A DNA stretch of 32,000 nt, from contig NZ_CP066018.1 in the NCBI RefSeq assembly GCF_016127575.1, forward strand, positions 780,001 through 812,000, read 5' to 3'. The position numbers and the translations under genes are program-made. Shown here in pieces: positions 9,114 through 17,838 of the stretch. Below the pieces are notes generated by a model, which had not been told where the DNA came from, did no database searches, and saw only the letters and a program-made list of their open reading frames with translations. Source of the stretch: Cupriavidus necator. GTDB taxonomy: Bacteria > Pseudomonadota > Gammaproteobacteria > Burkholderiales > Burkholderiaceae. The stretch's first letter is position 1. Every line of letters begins with the position of its first letter.

Positions 9114-9713
9114 TCAGCCCAGCAGCAGCCGCGCGGCAATCACCCACATGGTGATGCCGATCACCACTTCCAGCACCTGCCACGCACGCGACCGCGCAAA
9201 CACCGGCCGCAGCAGCGCCGCGCCATAGCCCAGCGAAAAGAAGAACAGGAACGACGCGGTCATGGCACCCGCGGCGAACTCGCGCGCGTTCCCTGCGAAC
9301 TGCGTCGACACCGAACCGATCAGCATCACCGTATCGAGATACACATGTGGATTGAGCCAGGTGAACGCCAGGCACACCGCCAGCGCGGCCCCAAGCGGCC
9401 GCGGCGCGGCGTCGCTGGGATCCAGCACCGCGTTCGAGCGCCACGCGGCCAGGAAGCTGCGCGCGCCATACCAGATCAGGAAAGCCGCGCCGCCGTAGCG
9501 CATCGCCGCACCCAGCCAGGGCAGCTCGCGGATCATCACGGCAAAGCCGGAAACGCCCAGCAGGATCAGCAGCGCATCGGAAAGCGCGCACACCAGGCAG
9601 ACCCAGAACACATGCTCGCGCCGCAACCCTTGTCGCAGCACGAAAGCATTCTGGGAACCGATGGCAAGAATCAGGGAAAGACCGAGGGAGAAGCCGGCCA
9701 GGGCGGCGTGCAT
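9114..9713 (-). CDS. LysE/ArgO family amino-acid exporter
   Basis: 199 aa with six hydrophobic segments. N-terminus GFSLGLSLILAIGSQNAFVLRQG is typical of LysE/ArgO. Confidence 0.85.
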   Translation of the reverse strand: MHAALAGFSLGLSLILAIGSQNAFVLRQGLRREHVFWVCLVCALSDALLILLGVSGFAVMIRELPWLGAAMRYGGAAFLIWYGARSFLAAWRSNAVLDPSDAAPRPLGAALAVCLAFTWLNPHVYLDTVMLIGSVSTQFAGNAREFAAGAMTASFLFFFSLGYGAALLRPVFARSRAWQVLEVVIGITMWVIAARLLLG

Positions 9714-9809
9714 TGGATGTGGAACGGCTGTTTTTTTGGGTGGCTATTATTGCACGCCGGGGGCAGCCGCCATGCCCGCCCATCTTCCCATTCCTGCCGC
9801 AGGACTACC

Positions 9810-10604
9810 TCACGCCACTACACCCAGGATCACGCTTGACGCCTTGAACACCGCCAGCGCAGCCACCCCCACCTGCAGCCCCAGCGCTTCCACACTGCCA
9901 TTGGTCACGATCGCCGCAACCGTACCGCCGCCGTCGAGTTCGATCACCACCTCGGCATTCACCGCACCCGGCATCACGCGCGACACCACGCCCGGCAGCT
10001 GGTTGCGCGCCGACAGCCGCATCCCCGGATCGGGCAGCCCCACCAGCACCGAAGATGCCTTGATCAGCGCAAACGCCTCCGCGCCCTCGGCCAGGGCCAG
10101 CGTCTCGACGCTTTCATGCGTGATGGTGGCAACGATCTGCTGCCCGCCGGGCAGTTCCAGCACGACCTCGTCATTGACCGCGCCGCCGCGCACGCTGGCC
10201 ACGCGCCCGAACAGCTTGTTGCGTGCACTGGTCTTGATCATCATTCGCCTCATCAGGTGGATATCGTCGGCCGCCCCCTCGCCCAAGAGCGACAGCTGTG
10301 CGACAAAGCGCTGGTGTTCGCCTTCCAGCGCACGATAGGTGCGGATCAGTTGCTCGCCGCGCGCGGTCAGGTGCGTGCCGCCGCCGCCCTTGCCACCGGC
10401 GGCGCGCACCACCAGCGGCTCGCCCGCGCTGTTGTTCATGGCATCGATGGCGTCCCACGCGGCCTTGTAGCTGATGCCGACCGCGCGCGCGGCTGCGGTG
10501 ATCGAGCCGTGTTCGCCGATGGCGGCGAGCAGCGCGATGCGGTCCTTGCCGCCCCAGTCTTGCGAGCCGGAGCGGAACCAGATGGCTCCCTGAAGTTCAA
10601 GCAT
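9810..10604 (-). CDS. modE: molybdate-responsive transcriptional regulator ModE (HTH + two Mop/TOBE domains)
   Basis: HTH region GSITAAARAVGISYKAAWDAIDAMN. Two C-terminal repeats begin SARNKLFGRV... and SARNQLPGVV... (Mop/TOBE di-domain). Confidence 0.85.
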   Translation of the reverse strand: MLELQGAIWFRSGSQDWGGKDRIALLAAIGEHGSITAAARAVGISYKAAWDAIDAMNNSAGEPLVVRAAGGKGGGGTHLTARGEQLIRTYRALEGEHQRFVAQLSLLGEGAADDIHLMRRMMIKTSARNKLFGRVASVRGGAVNDEVVLELPGGQQIVATITHESVETLALAEGAEAFALIKASSVLVGLPDPGMRLSARNQLPGVVSRVMPGAVNAEVVIELDGGGTVAAIVTNGSVEALGLQVGVAALAVFKASSVILGVVA

Positions 10605-10613
10605 GGATGTCGG

Positions 10614-10630
10614 GTGCCGGTGGCCGGCAC
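10614..10630 (-). terminator. GC hairpin between the DUF3141 gene stop and the modE start (possible terminator/attenuator, no U-tract)
   Basis: GTGCCGG-TGG-CCGGCAC, a perfect 7-bp stem with a 3-nt loop. On the minus strand it ends 9 nt before the modE ATG. Confidence 0.3.
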
Positions 10631-10688
10631 CGCAATGGAGTCCGAGACGCGGCTATGGTAATCCGAATTGCGGATCGGTCCGGCGCAC

Positions 10689-12974
10689 TCAGTCCTGGTG
10701 CGCGGCCTCATCCCCCTTGGCTGAGTCGGCAACCTCGCGCGGATGACCCGTCCCCATCACTTCGGCGACTTCGCGATAGCGCCCCAGCCGCTCGCCTGAC
10801 AGCGGGCCGCCGACCGTCATCACGCGATGCGCCGCCACCATCAGCTTGCGGCGGGTCTCGCGGTCCGGCACCAGTGCCGGCAGCGCCCGGATCGCGCGCT
10901 GCGGATCCAGCCTGACGATAAAGCTCTGCTGGCGCACCGCGGTCTTGAACGCGGCCAGGTCGGCCTGGCCGCCGGATTGCCCGGTGGCTTGCTGCTGTTC
11001 GCGCGCGATGCGACGCAGCAGGTTGAACGGCCGCTCCTCGATGGCGCTGGGGCGATCGGCAACGTAGGCCAGCACGCGCACAAAGGCCTCCAGCGTGCCA
11101 CCCTGCCCGATCGCCGCCTCGGCATCATGCAGCCGGCGCGCGGCCAGCTCCTTGCGCAGCGCCACAGTCACGGGCGACTCCAGGTTGACCGGCGCCGGCG
11201 CGCGCAGCCCCACCAGCGCCGCCATCGCCGGCGAAGCGTAGATCGCCTCGAAGGCCCGCTCGTACCAGGCATCGCGCAGGTCGCGGAACTGGTCGAGCGC
11301 GCTGACGATCTGCGCCGAGGCCGCGTGCTCCAGCGTCAGCAGCGGATTGTCCGCCGATACCGGCGCGCGATGCTCGCGCACCAGCGGCGCCAGCGCGCCG
11401 ATCCACGCCATCCATGGGTTCACGTCGGTCGCCAGCTCGCGCTCCAGCCGCGCGGGACGCAGCGCGCGCAGCCACTGCGCGCTCAATTCGTTGGACATGG
11501 CGCGTACCCACGGCGAGGCGAAGGTGTCGTAGATATGCTGGTTGACCTCGGCCACGCGCCGCACCACCTCGAAGGCGCGCTCGTCGTCGCGGCCGTCGTC
11601 CAGCGCCAGGATGTCGGCAATGCCGCGGCGCTCGAAGCGCATCAGGTAGCGCCCTTCGACCAGGTCGCGGTGCCGCAGGTCGGGCGCGACGTCTTCGATC
11701 TTCGCCTCGTACAGGCCCGGCGGCAGCACGTCGATCAGGTCCAGTGCGCAGAACAGTTCGCTGTGCTCGCGGTTGGCCACGCCCGCGGAGACAAAAATGC
11801 CGAGGTGGCCCACGGTCGGGTGCAGGCAGTAGACGATCACCTGGTCGTTGGCGACCAGTTCCTCATCGCTCGCGTACAGGTCCGGGATCCAGTTCAGCGC
11901 CTGCTGCGGCGGCGTAATGTTGTCCCCCCAGGAGGCAAAGATGATCACCGGCGAGCGCACGTTGCGCAGGTCCACCACGGTCTTGCCGTCGGTGCTGCGC
12001 ACCTCGCCCGCGGTGAGCCGGTTGCCGACGAACAGCTTCTGCACGATCCAGTCGATCTCGGCGCGGTTCATCAGGAAGTGGCCACCCCACCAGCGCTCGA
12101 AGTCGAGGAAGCGCGGGCCTTCGGTGTCGGCCTTCGCATAGACGTCGTAGAGCTTCTCCCACAGTGTATTGGCGGGATTGAGCTGTTCGAAGTTCTCCAC
12201 CAGCCAGGCGCCGTCGAAGCGGCCATTGCCCAGGTCAGCAATCAGCGAGGCCAGCCACGAACCGCCCAGCAGGCCGCCGCTGTAGCGCATCGGGTTGCGC
12301 CCGCGCACGCCGGACCAGTACGCCAGCGGCGCGCCGGCCAGCAGCAACGGGCCGGTGCGCTCCGGCGCCACCGCGGCCAGCATCATCAGCGCCCAGCCGG
12401 CCTGGCAGTTGCCGATGATGAAGGGCTTGCCCGGTGCATCCGGGTGGCGCTCGCCAACGATCTGCAGGAAGGCAGCCTCGGCGCGCGCCACCGATTCGAT
12501 GGTCTGGCCCGGGCAGGGCTCGTAGAAGAAGGTGATGAAATAGCACGGATGACCGGTGCGCAGCGCGATGCCGATCTCGCTGTCGGCCTTGAAACCGCCG
12601 ATGCCCGGGCCGTGGCCTGCGCGCGGGTCGATCACCACGAAGGGGCGCAGGGCGGGATCGGTCGGGCTGTCCGCCGGCGGCACGATGCGCAGCAGCGCGT
12701 AGTTGGCGGGTTCAGGCAGCTGGCGGCCATCGGCCAGCAGTTCGTGCTCGAACACCAGCACGGGCGGCATGCCCTCAAGCTCATGCTCGGCGGACTCGTT
12801 GCCGCGCTGGCGCAGGATGTCGAGCAGCAGCACGGTGCGCTGCCAGGCGTCCAGGGCGTATTCCAGCGCCGGCTGTGCCAGTGCCGCGAACGGGTTGGCG
12901 TGCGCGGACAGACTGGTAGCGGTCGAGGTGGCGCTGCTGTCCCGCGGCAGGTCGGCGCGTTCGCGTGCGGTCAT
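10689..12974 (-). CDS. DUF3141-type alpha/beta-hydrolase-fold protein (PHA-synthase-related family)
   Basis: Start at ATG 12974 (MTARERADL) with GGGGAG 7 nt upstream. 761 aa. The family assignment is by recollection of the N-terminal ALEYALDAWQRTVLLLDILRQRGN... pattern and of the usual neighbourhood with pta/ackA. Confidence 0.65.
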   Translation of the reverse strand: MTARERADLPRDSSATSTATSLSAHANPFAALAQPALEYALDAWQRTVLLLDILRQRGNESAEHELEGMPPVLVFEHELLADGRQLPEPANYALLRIVPPADSPTDPALRPFVVIDPRAGHGPGIGGFKADSEIGIALRTGHPCYFITFFYEPCPGQTIESVARAEAAFLQIVGERHPDAPGKPFIIGNCQAGWALMMLAAVAPERTGPLLLAGAPLAYWSGVRGRNPMRYSGGLLGGSWLASLIADLGNGRFDGAWLVENFEQLNPANTLWEKLYDVYAKADTEGPRFLDFERWWGGHFLMNRAEIDWIVQKLFVGNRLTAGEVRSTDGKTVVDLRNVRSPVIIFASWGDNITPPQQALNWIPDLYASDEELVANDQVIVYCLHPTVGHLGIFVSAGVANREHSELFCALDLIDVLPPGLYEAKIEDVAPDLRHRDLVEGRYLMRFERRGIADILALDDGRDDERAFEVVRRVAEVNQHIYDTFASPWVRAMSNELSAQWLRALRPARLERELATDVNPWMAWIGALAPLVREHRAPVSADNPLLTLEHAASAQIVSALDQFRDLRDAWYERAFEAIYASPAMAALVGLRAPAPVNLESPVTVALRKELAARRLHDAEAAIGQGGTLEAFVRVLAYVADRPSAIEERPFNLLRRIAREQQQATGQSGGQADLAAFKTAVRQQSFIVRLDPQRAIRALPALVPDRETRRKLMVAAHRVMTVGGPLSGERLGRYREVAEVMGTGHPREVADSAKGDEAAHQD

Positions 12975-13251
12975 TCCACTCCCCTGGTTGGCGCCCCGTC
13001 CGGCGTATCCGCGCGCTTGGCGGCGCGGCCGAAGTGACGCATGTTGCTTTGCAACAAAACCAAGCGTACCAGCCGCTGCCCTGCGGTGCAACCCAGAGAC
13101 TGGTTGCGCGCAATGCCACACTGTTAGCGCGCCGCGCGGTCATCGACTGGAAAGAATCGTCGCCTATACTGGCGCAGGGCACTTTGCGCACCGCAGCAAT
13201 CGCGCACCCGCGCGCGGCCGGCGGGCTGCGCACCGGGCGGCGCCTGTCGCA

Positions 13252-13447
13252 AGGGAAGCGGGCAATATGCTGGCCAAGCAGCTGACCTTCCTGGCCGGCG
13301 CCGAAGCCGCCGGCATCGTGCTGGGCGCGCGCGTTCCCATCATCCTCACCAGCCGGGCCGACAGTGTGCGCGCGCATCGGCAGCTGCGCCATTGCCGTGC
13401 TGCTGGCCCATGCGCGCCGCAGCGCCGCAGCCGCGGCGCAGGTCTGA
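13252..13447 (+). pseudogene. pta: 3' remnant of a phosphate acetyl/butyryl-transferase (pta) gene, 5'-deleted and frameshifted
   Basis: EAGNMLAKQLTFLAGAEAAGIVLGARVPIILTSRADSVRA is a PTA_PTB C-terminal motif. After gcgcgcgc at ~13368-13375 the conserved tail (RIGSCAIAVLLAHARRSAAAAAQV, stop TGA 13445-13447) continues only in the +1 frame. Nothing Pta-like lies upstream. Confidence 0.55.
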
Positions 13448-13494
13448 GCCATGCCCGTGCAGCCCTTGCGCAACCACTTGGGAGTCCATCCAGC

Positions 13495-14730
13495 GTGCCC
13501 GCCATCCACCCCGCCGTGCATCCCGTCATCCTCGTTGTCAACGCCGGCTCATCCAGCGTCAAGGTCTCGGTCTACGCCGTGCCCGACGCCGCGCATGGCA
13601 ATGCCGACATCAACCCGGTGCTGAGCGCGCACGGCCAGATCGAGGGCATCGGCGTGGCGCCGCGCCTGACCGCGCGCATGGTCGACGGGCGCGTGGTCGC
13701 CGACGAGACCTTCCCGCAGGCCCAGGTGGCCGACCACGACGCCGCCTTCCGCCTGGTGCGGCTGGTACTGAGCGTGGGCCTGCGCGACAACCCGCCGGTG
13801 GCGATCGGCCATCGCGTGGTGCATGGCGGTGCCGACTATGCGCAGGCCGTGCGCATCGACGACGAGGTGATCGCAAAGCTGGAAGCGCTGGTGCCGCTGG
13901 CACCGCTGCACCAGCCGCACAACCTGACTGCAATCCGCGCGGTGCGCGAGGCTGTGCCGGACCTGCTGCAGGTGGCCTGCTTCGACACCGCCTTCCATGC
14001 CGGCCACGACGTGCTGGCGCAGCTGATGGCGCTGCCCTACGCGTACTACGAGCGCGGCATCCGGCGCTATGGCTTCCACGGGCTGTCGTACGAGTACATC
14101 GCGCGCCGGCTGCGCCAGGTCGCGCCCGACCTGGCCGAGGGCCGCGTGATCGTGGCCCACCTGGGCAACGGCGCCAGCCTGTGCGCCATGCGCGACGGCC
14201 GCAGCGTGGAAAGCACCATGGGCCTGACCGCGCTCGACGGCCTGCCCATGGGCACGCGCTGCGGCTCGGTCGATCCCGGCGCGCTGCTGTGGCTGGCGCA
14301 GCAGGGCATGAAGCCGGCCGAGATCCAGACGATGCTGTACCAGGAATCCGGGCTGAAGGGACTGTCAGGCGTGAGCAGCGACATGCGCGCGCTGCTGGCC
14401 AGCGATGCGCCGCGCGCGCGGCTGGCGCTGGACTTCTACGCCTACCGCGCCGCGCAGGAGATCGGCAAGCTCGCCACCACGCTGGGCGACCTTGACGCGC
14501 TGGTGTTCACCGCGGGCATCGGCGCCAACTCGCCGCCGGTGCGCGCACGCATCTGCGAACACCTGGCGGGGCTGTTCGGCATCGCGCTCGACGGTGGCGC
14601 CAACGGCGAGAACAGCCAGCGCGTCAGCCGCGACGACAGCCGCGTGCCGGTGCTGGTGCTGCCGACCGATGAAGAAGGGATGATTGCGCTGAACACCGCC
14701 CGCATCCTGCGCGAATGCGGGCAGCTCTGA
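13495..14730 (+). CDS. ackA: acetate kinase
   Basis: GTG 13495 with GGAG 10 nt upstream (GTG 13516 is an alternative). Motifs VVNAGSSSVKVSVY, HRVVHGG, FDTAFH, YGFHGLSYEY, AHLGNGASLCA and FTAGIGANS. Confidence 0.85.
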   Translation: MPAIHPAVHPVILVVNAGSSSVKVSVYAVPDAAHGNADINPVLSAHGQIEGIGVAPRLTARMVDGRVVADETFPQAQVADHDAAFRLVRLVLSVGLRDNPPVAIGHRVVHGGADYAQAVRIDDEVIAKLEALVPLAPLHQPHNLTAIRAVREAVPDLLQVACFDTAFHAGHDVLAQLMALPYAYYERGIRRYGFHGLSYEYIARRLRQVAPDLAEGRVIVAHLGNGASLCAMRDGRSVESTMGLTALDGLPMGTRCGSVDPGALLWLAQQGMKPAEIQTMLYQESGLKGLSGVSSDMRALLASDAPRARLALDFYAYRAAQEIGKLATTLGDLDALVFTAGIGANSPPVRARICEHLAGLFGIALDGGANGENSQRVSRDDSRVPVLVLPTDEEGMIALNTARILRECGQL

Positions 14731-14731
14731 G

Positions 14732-15553
14732 TCAGCCTGCCAGGTAGTGCCCGCGCAGCTGCGCGACGTCCACTTCGAGCGCGTCGCGCAGGTAGTTGTC
14801 GACGCTGCCCCAGCCCGCGTCGATGGCCCGCATCGACGCATCGAGATAGCTGGCGCGGACTTCCAGCAGCGGCGTCATCACCGCGGGGGCCACGCCAAGC
14901 CCGGCCATGCGCGCCAGCGCAGTCTGGTTGAACTGCGCATTGCGCTGGTTCGACTCCAGGTAGTTGGCCAGGATATCGTCCTGCGCCACGCCCAGCGCCG
15001 CCAGCAACAGCAGTGCGGCAAAGCCGGTGCGGTCCTTGCCGGCGGTGCAGTGGAACAGCAGCGTCTTGCCGCCTTGCGCGGTACGCATGAAGCCGGCAAA
15101 GGCCTCGCGGTAGCGCACCGGGAAGTCGCCGTAGACCTCCAGCATGAAGGCATCCATCTGTGCCGGCGTGCTGGCGCGCAGGCGCGGCATCAGCACATCC
15201 ATCGCCATGCTGCCCTCCAGCACCGGCGCCGCCACCCAGTGGAAGCGCTGGCCGAAGGCGGCCTCTTCAGGCGACTTCTCGCCGGGCGAACGGAAATCCA
15301 CCACCATGTCGAGCCCGAGCGTCTGCAGCCGCTCCAGGTCCGCCGCGCTGGCCAGCGCGGGGTTGCCGCTGCGGTACAGGCGCCCCTGGCGCACGCGGCG
15401 TCCGCCCGCGCCGGCCAGGCCGCCCAGGTCGCGCGCATTGCTGATGGTGTCGAATGCCAGGTCATGCCGGCCCTGCACGCTGGCCGCGGCCGGAGCCTGC
15501 GGCACGACGGCATGGGCGGACAGGCATCCTGCGCGTTGAAGCCACTTGATCAT
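14732..15553 (-). CDS. protein-tyrosine phosphatase family protein
   Basis: Start at ATG 15553 (MIKWLQ) with AGGAAAG upstream. CX5R active-site loop HCTAGKDRTG, and an NARDLGG...YRSG N-terminal pattern. Confidence 0.8.
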   Translation of the reverse strand: MIKWLQRAGCLSAHAVVPQAPAAASVQGRHDLAFDTISNARDLGGLAGAGGRRVRQGRLYRSGNPALASAADLERLQTLGLDMVVDFRSPGEKSPEEAAFGQRFHWVAAPVLEGSMAMDVLMPRLRASTPAQMDAFMLEVYGDFPVRYREAFAGFMRTAQGGKTLLFHCTAGKDRTGFAALLLLAALGVAQDDILANYLESNQRNAQFNQTALARMAGLGVAPAVMTPLLEVRASYLDASMRAIDAGWGSVDNYLRDALEVDVAQLRGHYLAG

Positions 15554-15603
15554 TGTTCTTTCCTGATTGTCCTTGCGATGCAGGCCGATGCTGTGCCGGC
15601 GCT

Positions 15604-15849
15604 TCAGCGCGCGCGGTACGCCGGCACATGCCAGCGCAGGTGGCAGCCGGCGATATAGCGCCGGTCCAGCCGCGCCACCAGCTTCCACACCGTCAGCGCA
15701 CTGGCATCGATATCGACCCACGCCCACGGGTGCTTCGGGTCGCCCGCTTCCACCAGTTCCACCGAACGGATCTTCGCATACCGCGCCAGCGCCTCGCGCA
15801 GTGCCGCCGCGTCCAGGCCTGCTTTCAGTCCACGTACTAAAACCTTCAT
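15604..15849 (-). CDS. small hypothetical protein, RRM-like (possible RNA-binding)
   Basis: Start at ATG 15849 (MKVLVRGL) with GGAG 6 nt upstream. 81 aa. Only weak resemblance to small bacterial RRM proteins. Confidence 0.4.
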   Translation of the reverse strand: MKVLVRGLKAGLDAAALREALARYAKIRSVELVEAGDPKHPWAWVDIDASALTVWKLVARLDRRYIAGCHLRWHVPAYRAR

Positions 15850-16283
15850 GGTCGGCTCCAATTATTTCAGATCACTCCCGCTCATGCATCACCCGGCCGG
15901 GGCCATGGTGGCGCGCTTGCGCACACACCGCCGCCAGACCTTATGTGGCGAGCTTCTCACTGGTATGACGCCTGCGGCGGCGCGGGTATCCATTGATCAC
16001 ACGTGGACTTGATCTTGCTCATGGCGGGCGGAAATAGCTTGGAATCGCCCTCGACAGGGCCGGCTGCCGGTCGGAAAATTCCTATCATGTCGAACGCGGC
16101 GGCCACGCCAGCAGCGAGGCCGCTCCGGGCACACCGCACACGGATGCCGTCTCGCGACCGACACCTGCCTGTCCTGCCGGCCGCGCTGTGCCAGCGCCGG
16201 CGCGCCGCACTGTCTGCCGAGAGCCGTCCGAGCCAGGTGCACCCGGGTACCGAGCAGGATCACCAACCAAAAGGATGCCGGCA

Positions 16284-17825
16284 ATGACAGATACTTCCGC
16301 CTCCCCCCCTTCCGCCCCTTCCGCCCCTTCCGCCCCTTCCGCCGCGGCTGCACAGGCTGTCGTGCCGGCGCCGAAACTCACGCTGCACTGGGGCCTGTTC
16401 GCCGCCGTTGCTGCGCTGCTGGTGGTGCTGGCGATCCCGCAGCCCGAGGGGCTGACCGTCGCCGGCCAGCGCATGCTGGCGATCCTCGCCTTCGCCATCG
16501 TGGTGTGGATCACCGAGGCGGTGTCATATGAGACCAGCGCCATCATGATCACCTCGCTGATGGCGGGGCTGATCGGCTTTGCGCCGACCGTCAACGACCC
16601 CTCGGTGCAGTACGGCACCTCGAAGGCGCTCGGCATGGCGCTGGCGGGGTTCTCCAACACCGCGCTGGCACTGGTCGCCGCGGCGCTGTTCATCTCCGCG
16701 GCGATGACCGTGACCGGGCTGGACCGGCGCATCGCGCTGGTGACGCTGTCTGCCATTGGCACCAGCACGCGCCGCATCCTGATCGGCACGATCGCCGTCA
16801 CCATCGCGCTGAGCCTGGTGGTGCCCAGCGCCACCGCGCGCAGTGCCTGCGTGGTGCCGATCATGATGGGCGTGATTGCAGCGTTCGGCGTCGACAAGAA
16901 GTCCAACATCGCCGCCGGCATCATGATCACGGTGGCGCAGGCCACCAGCATCTGGAACGTCGGCATCCAGACCGCCGCGGCGCAGAACCTGCTGACGGTG
17001 GGCTTCATGGACAAGCTGCTGGGCGAGCGCATCACCTGGCTGCAATGGCTGATCGCGGGCGCGCCATGGGCCATCGCAATGTCGGTGGTGCTGTATTTCC
17101 TGGTGCGCTTGCTGCTGCCCGCCGAAACCGACGCCATCCCCGGCGGCAAGGAAGCCGTGCAGCGCGAGCTGTCGGCCCTCGGCCCCATGAGCGCGCCGCA
17201 GAAGCGGCTGGCCGCGGTATCGCTGGGCCTGCTGCTGTTCTGGGCCACCGAAGGCAAGCTGCACAGCTTCGATACCGCCACCGTGACCTTCGTCGGCCTG
17301 GTGATCCTGATGATGCCGCGCATCGGCGTGATGGACTGGAAGACCATGCAGCAACGCACGCCGTGGGGCACGCTGATCGTGTTCGGCGTCGGCATCAGCC
17401 TGGGCACGGCGCTGCTGTCCACCAACGCCGGCCAGTGGCTGGGGCAGTTCGTGGTCACGCATTCCGGACTGGCGGCGCACGGCGCGCTGCTGGTGTTTGC
17501 GATCCTGTCGGCCTTCCTGATCCTGATCCACCTGGGCTTTGCCAGCGCCACCGCGCTGACCGCGGCACTGCTGCCGATCCTGATCGCGGTGCTGCAGACA
17601 CTGCCCGGCGACATCAACCGCGTGGGCATGACCATGCTGCTGGGCTTTACCGTCAGCTTCGGCTTTATCCTGCCGATCAACGCGCCGCAGAACATGGTGT
17701 GCCTGGGCACGGAAACCTTCAACGGCCGCCAGTTCGCGCGCATCGGCATCCCCGTGACGATCATCGGCTACGCCATGATGCTGCTGTTCGCAGCCACCTA
17801 CTGGCGCTGGCTGGGCTGGGTCTGA
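16284..17825 (+). CDS. DASS/SLC13-type anion (di/tricarboxylate or sulfate) transporter
   Basis: Start at ATG 16284 (AAGGA 8 nt upstream). ~513 aa and very hydrophobic. LAILAFAIVVWITEAV, ...PSATARSACVVPIM... and ...ILPINAPQNMV... hairpin-type motifs are typical of the family. Confidence 0.8.
   Translation: MTDTSASPPSAPSAPSAPSAAAAQAVVPAPKLTLHWGLFAAVAALLVVLAIPQPEGLTVAGQRMLAILAFAIVVWITEAVSYETSAIMITSLMAGLIGFAPTVNDPSVQYGTSKALGMALAGFSNTALALVAAALFISAAMTVTGLDRRIALVTLSAIGTSTRRILIGTIAVTIALSLVVPSATARSACVVPIMMGVIAAFGVDKKSNIAAGIMITVAQATSIWNVGIQTAAAQNLLTVGFMDKLLGERITWLQWLIAGAPWAIAMSVVLYFLVRLLLPAETDAIPGGKEAVQRELSALGPMSAPQKRLAAVSLGLLLFWATEGKLHSFDTATVTFVGLVILMMPRIGVMDWKTMQQRTPWGTLIVFGVGISLGTALLSTNAGQWLGQFVVTHSGLAAHGALLVFAILSAFLILIHLGFASATALTAALLPILIAVLQTLPGDINRVGMTMLLGFTVSFGFILPINAPQNMVCLGTETFNGRQFARIGIPVTIIGYAMMLLFAATYWRWLGWV
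16308..16343 (+). repeat. in-frame 9-bp tandem repeat (CCTTCCGCC x4) encoding (PSA)4
   Basis: Read directly: cct tcc gcc repeated four times in codons 9-20 of the transporter gene. Confidence 0.95.
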
Positions 17826-17838
17826 GGAGGTACGAACC

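Noticed and set aside
13102-13120. A sigma-54-like element on the minus strand (TGGCAT...GCAA) upstream of the DUF3141 gene.
   Set aside because: The GG-to-GC spacing is off by one, and the -12 TTGC element is not present at the right position.
12703-14730. A single 675-aa ORF apparently fusing upstream sequence, Pta-like residues and acetate kinase.
   Set aside because: Its first ~90 codons are antisense to the DUF3141 gene. The middle is non-coding DNA plus the frameshifted pta remnant. Only the last ~411 codons (from GTG 13495, with its own GGAG) are acetate kinase.
14728-14734. Convergent ackA and phosphatase stops separated by 1 nt, as a possible regulatory overlap.
   Set aside because: There is no hairpin or other structure. 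Tight convergent packing is common in this window.
16003-16287. A 94-aa ORF ending in an ATGA overlap with the DASS transporter start (possible leader peptide or uORF).
   Set aside because: It has a GTG start without an SD, Arg/Pro/Ala-rich composition and no recognisable family. It is most likely a chance open frame in GC-rich DNA.
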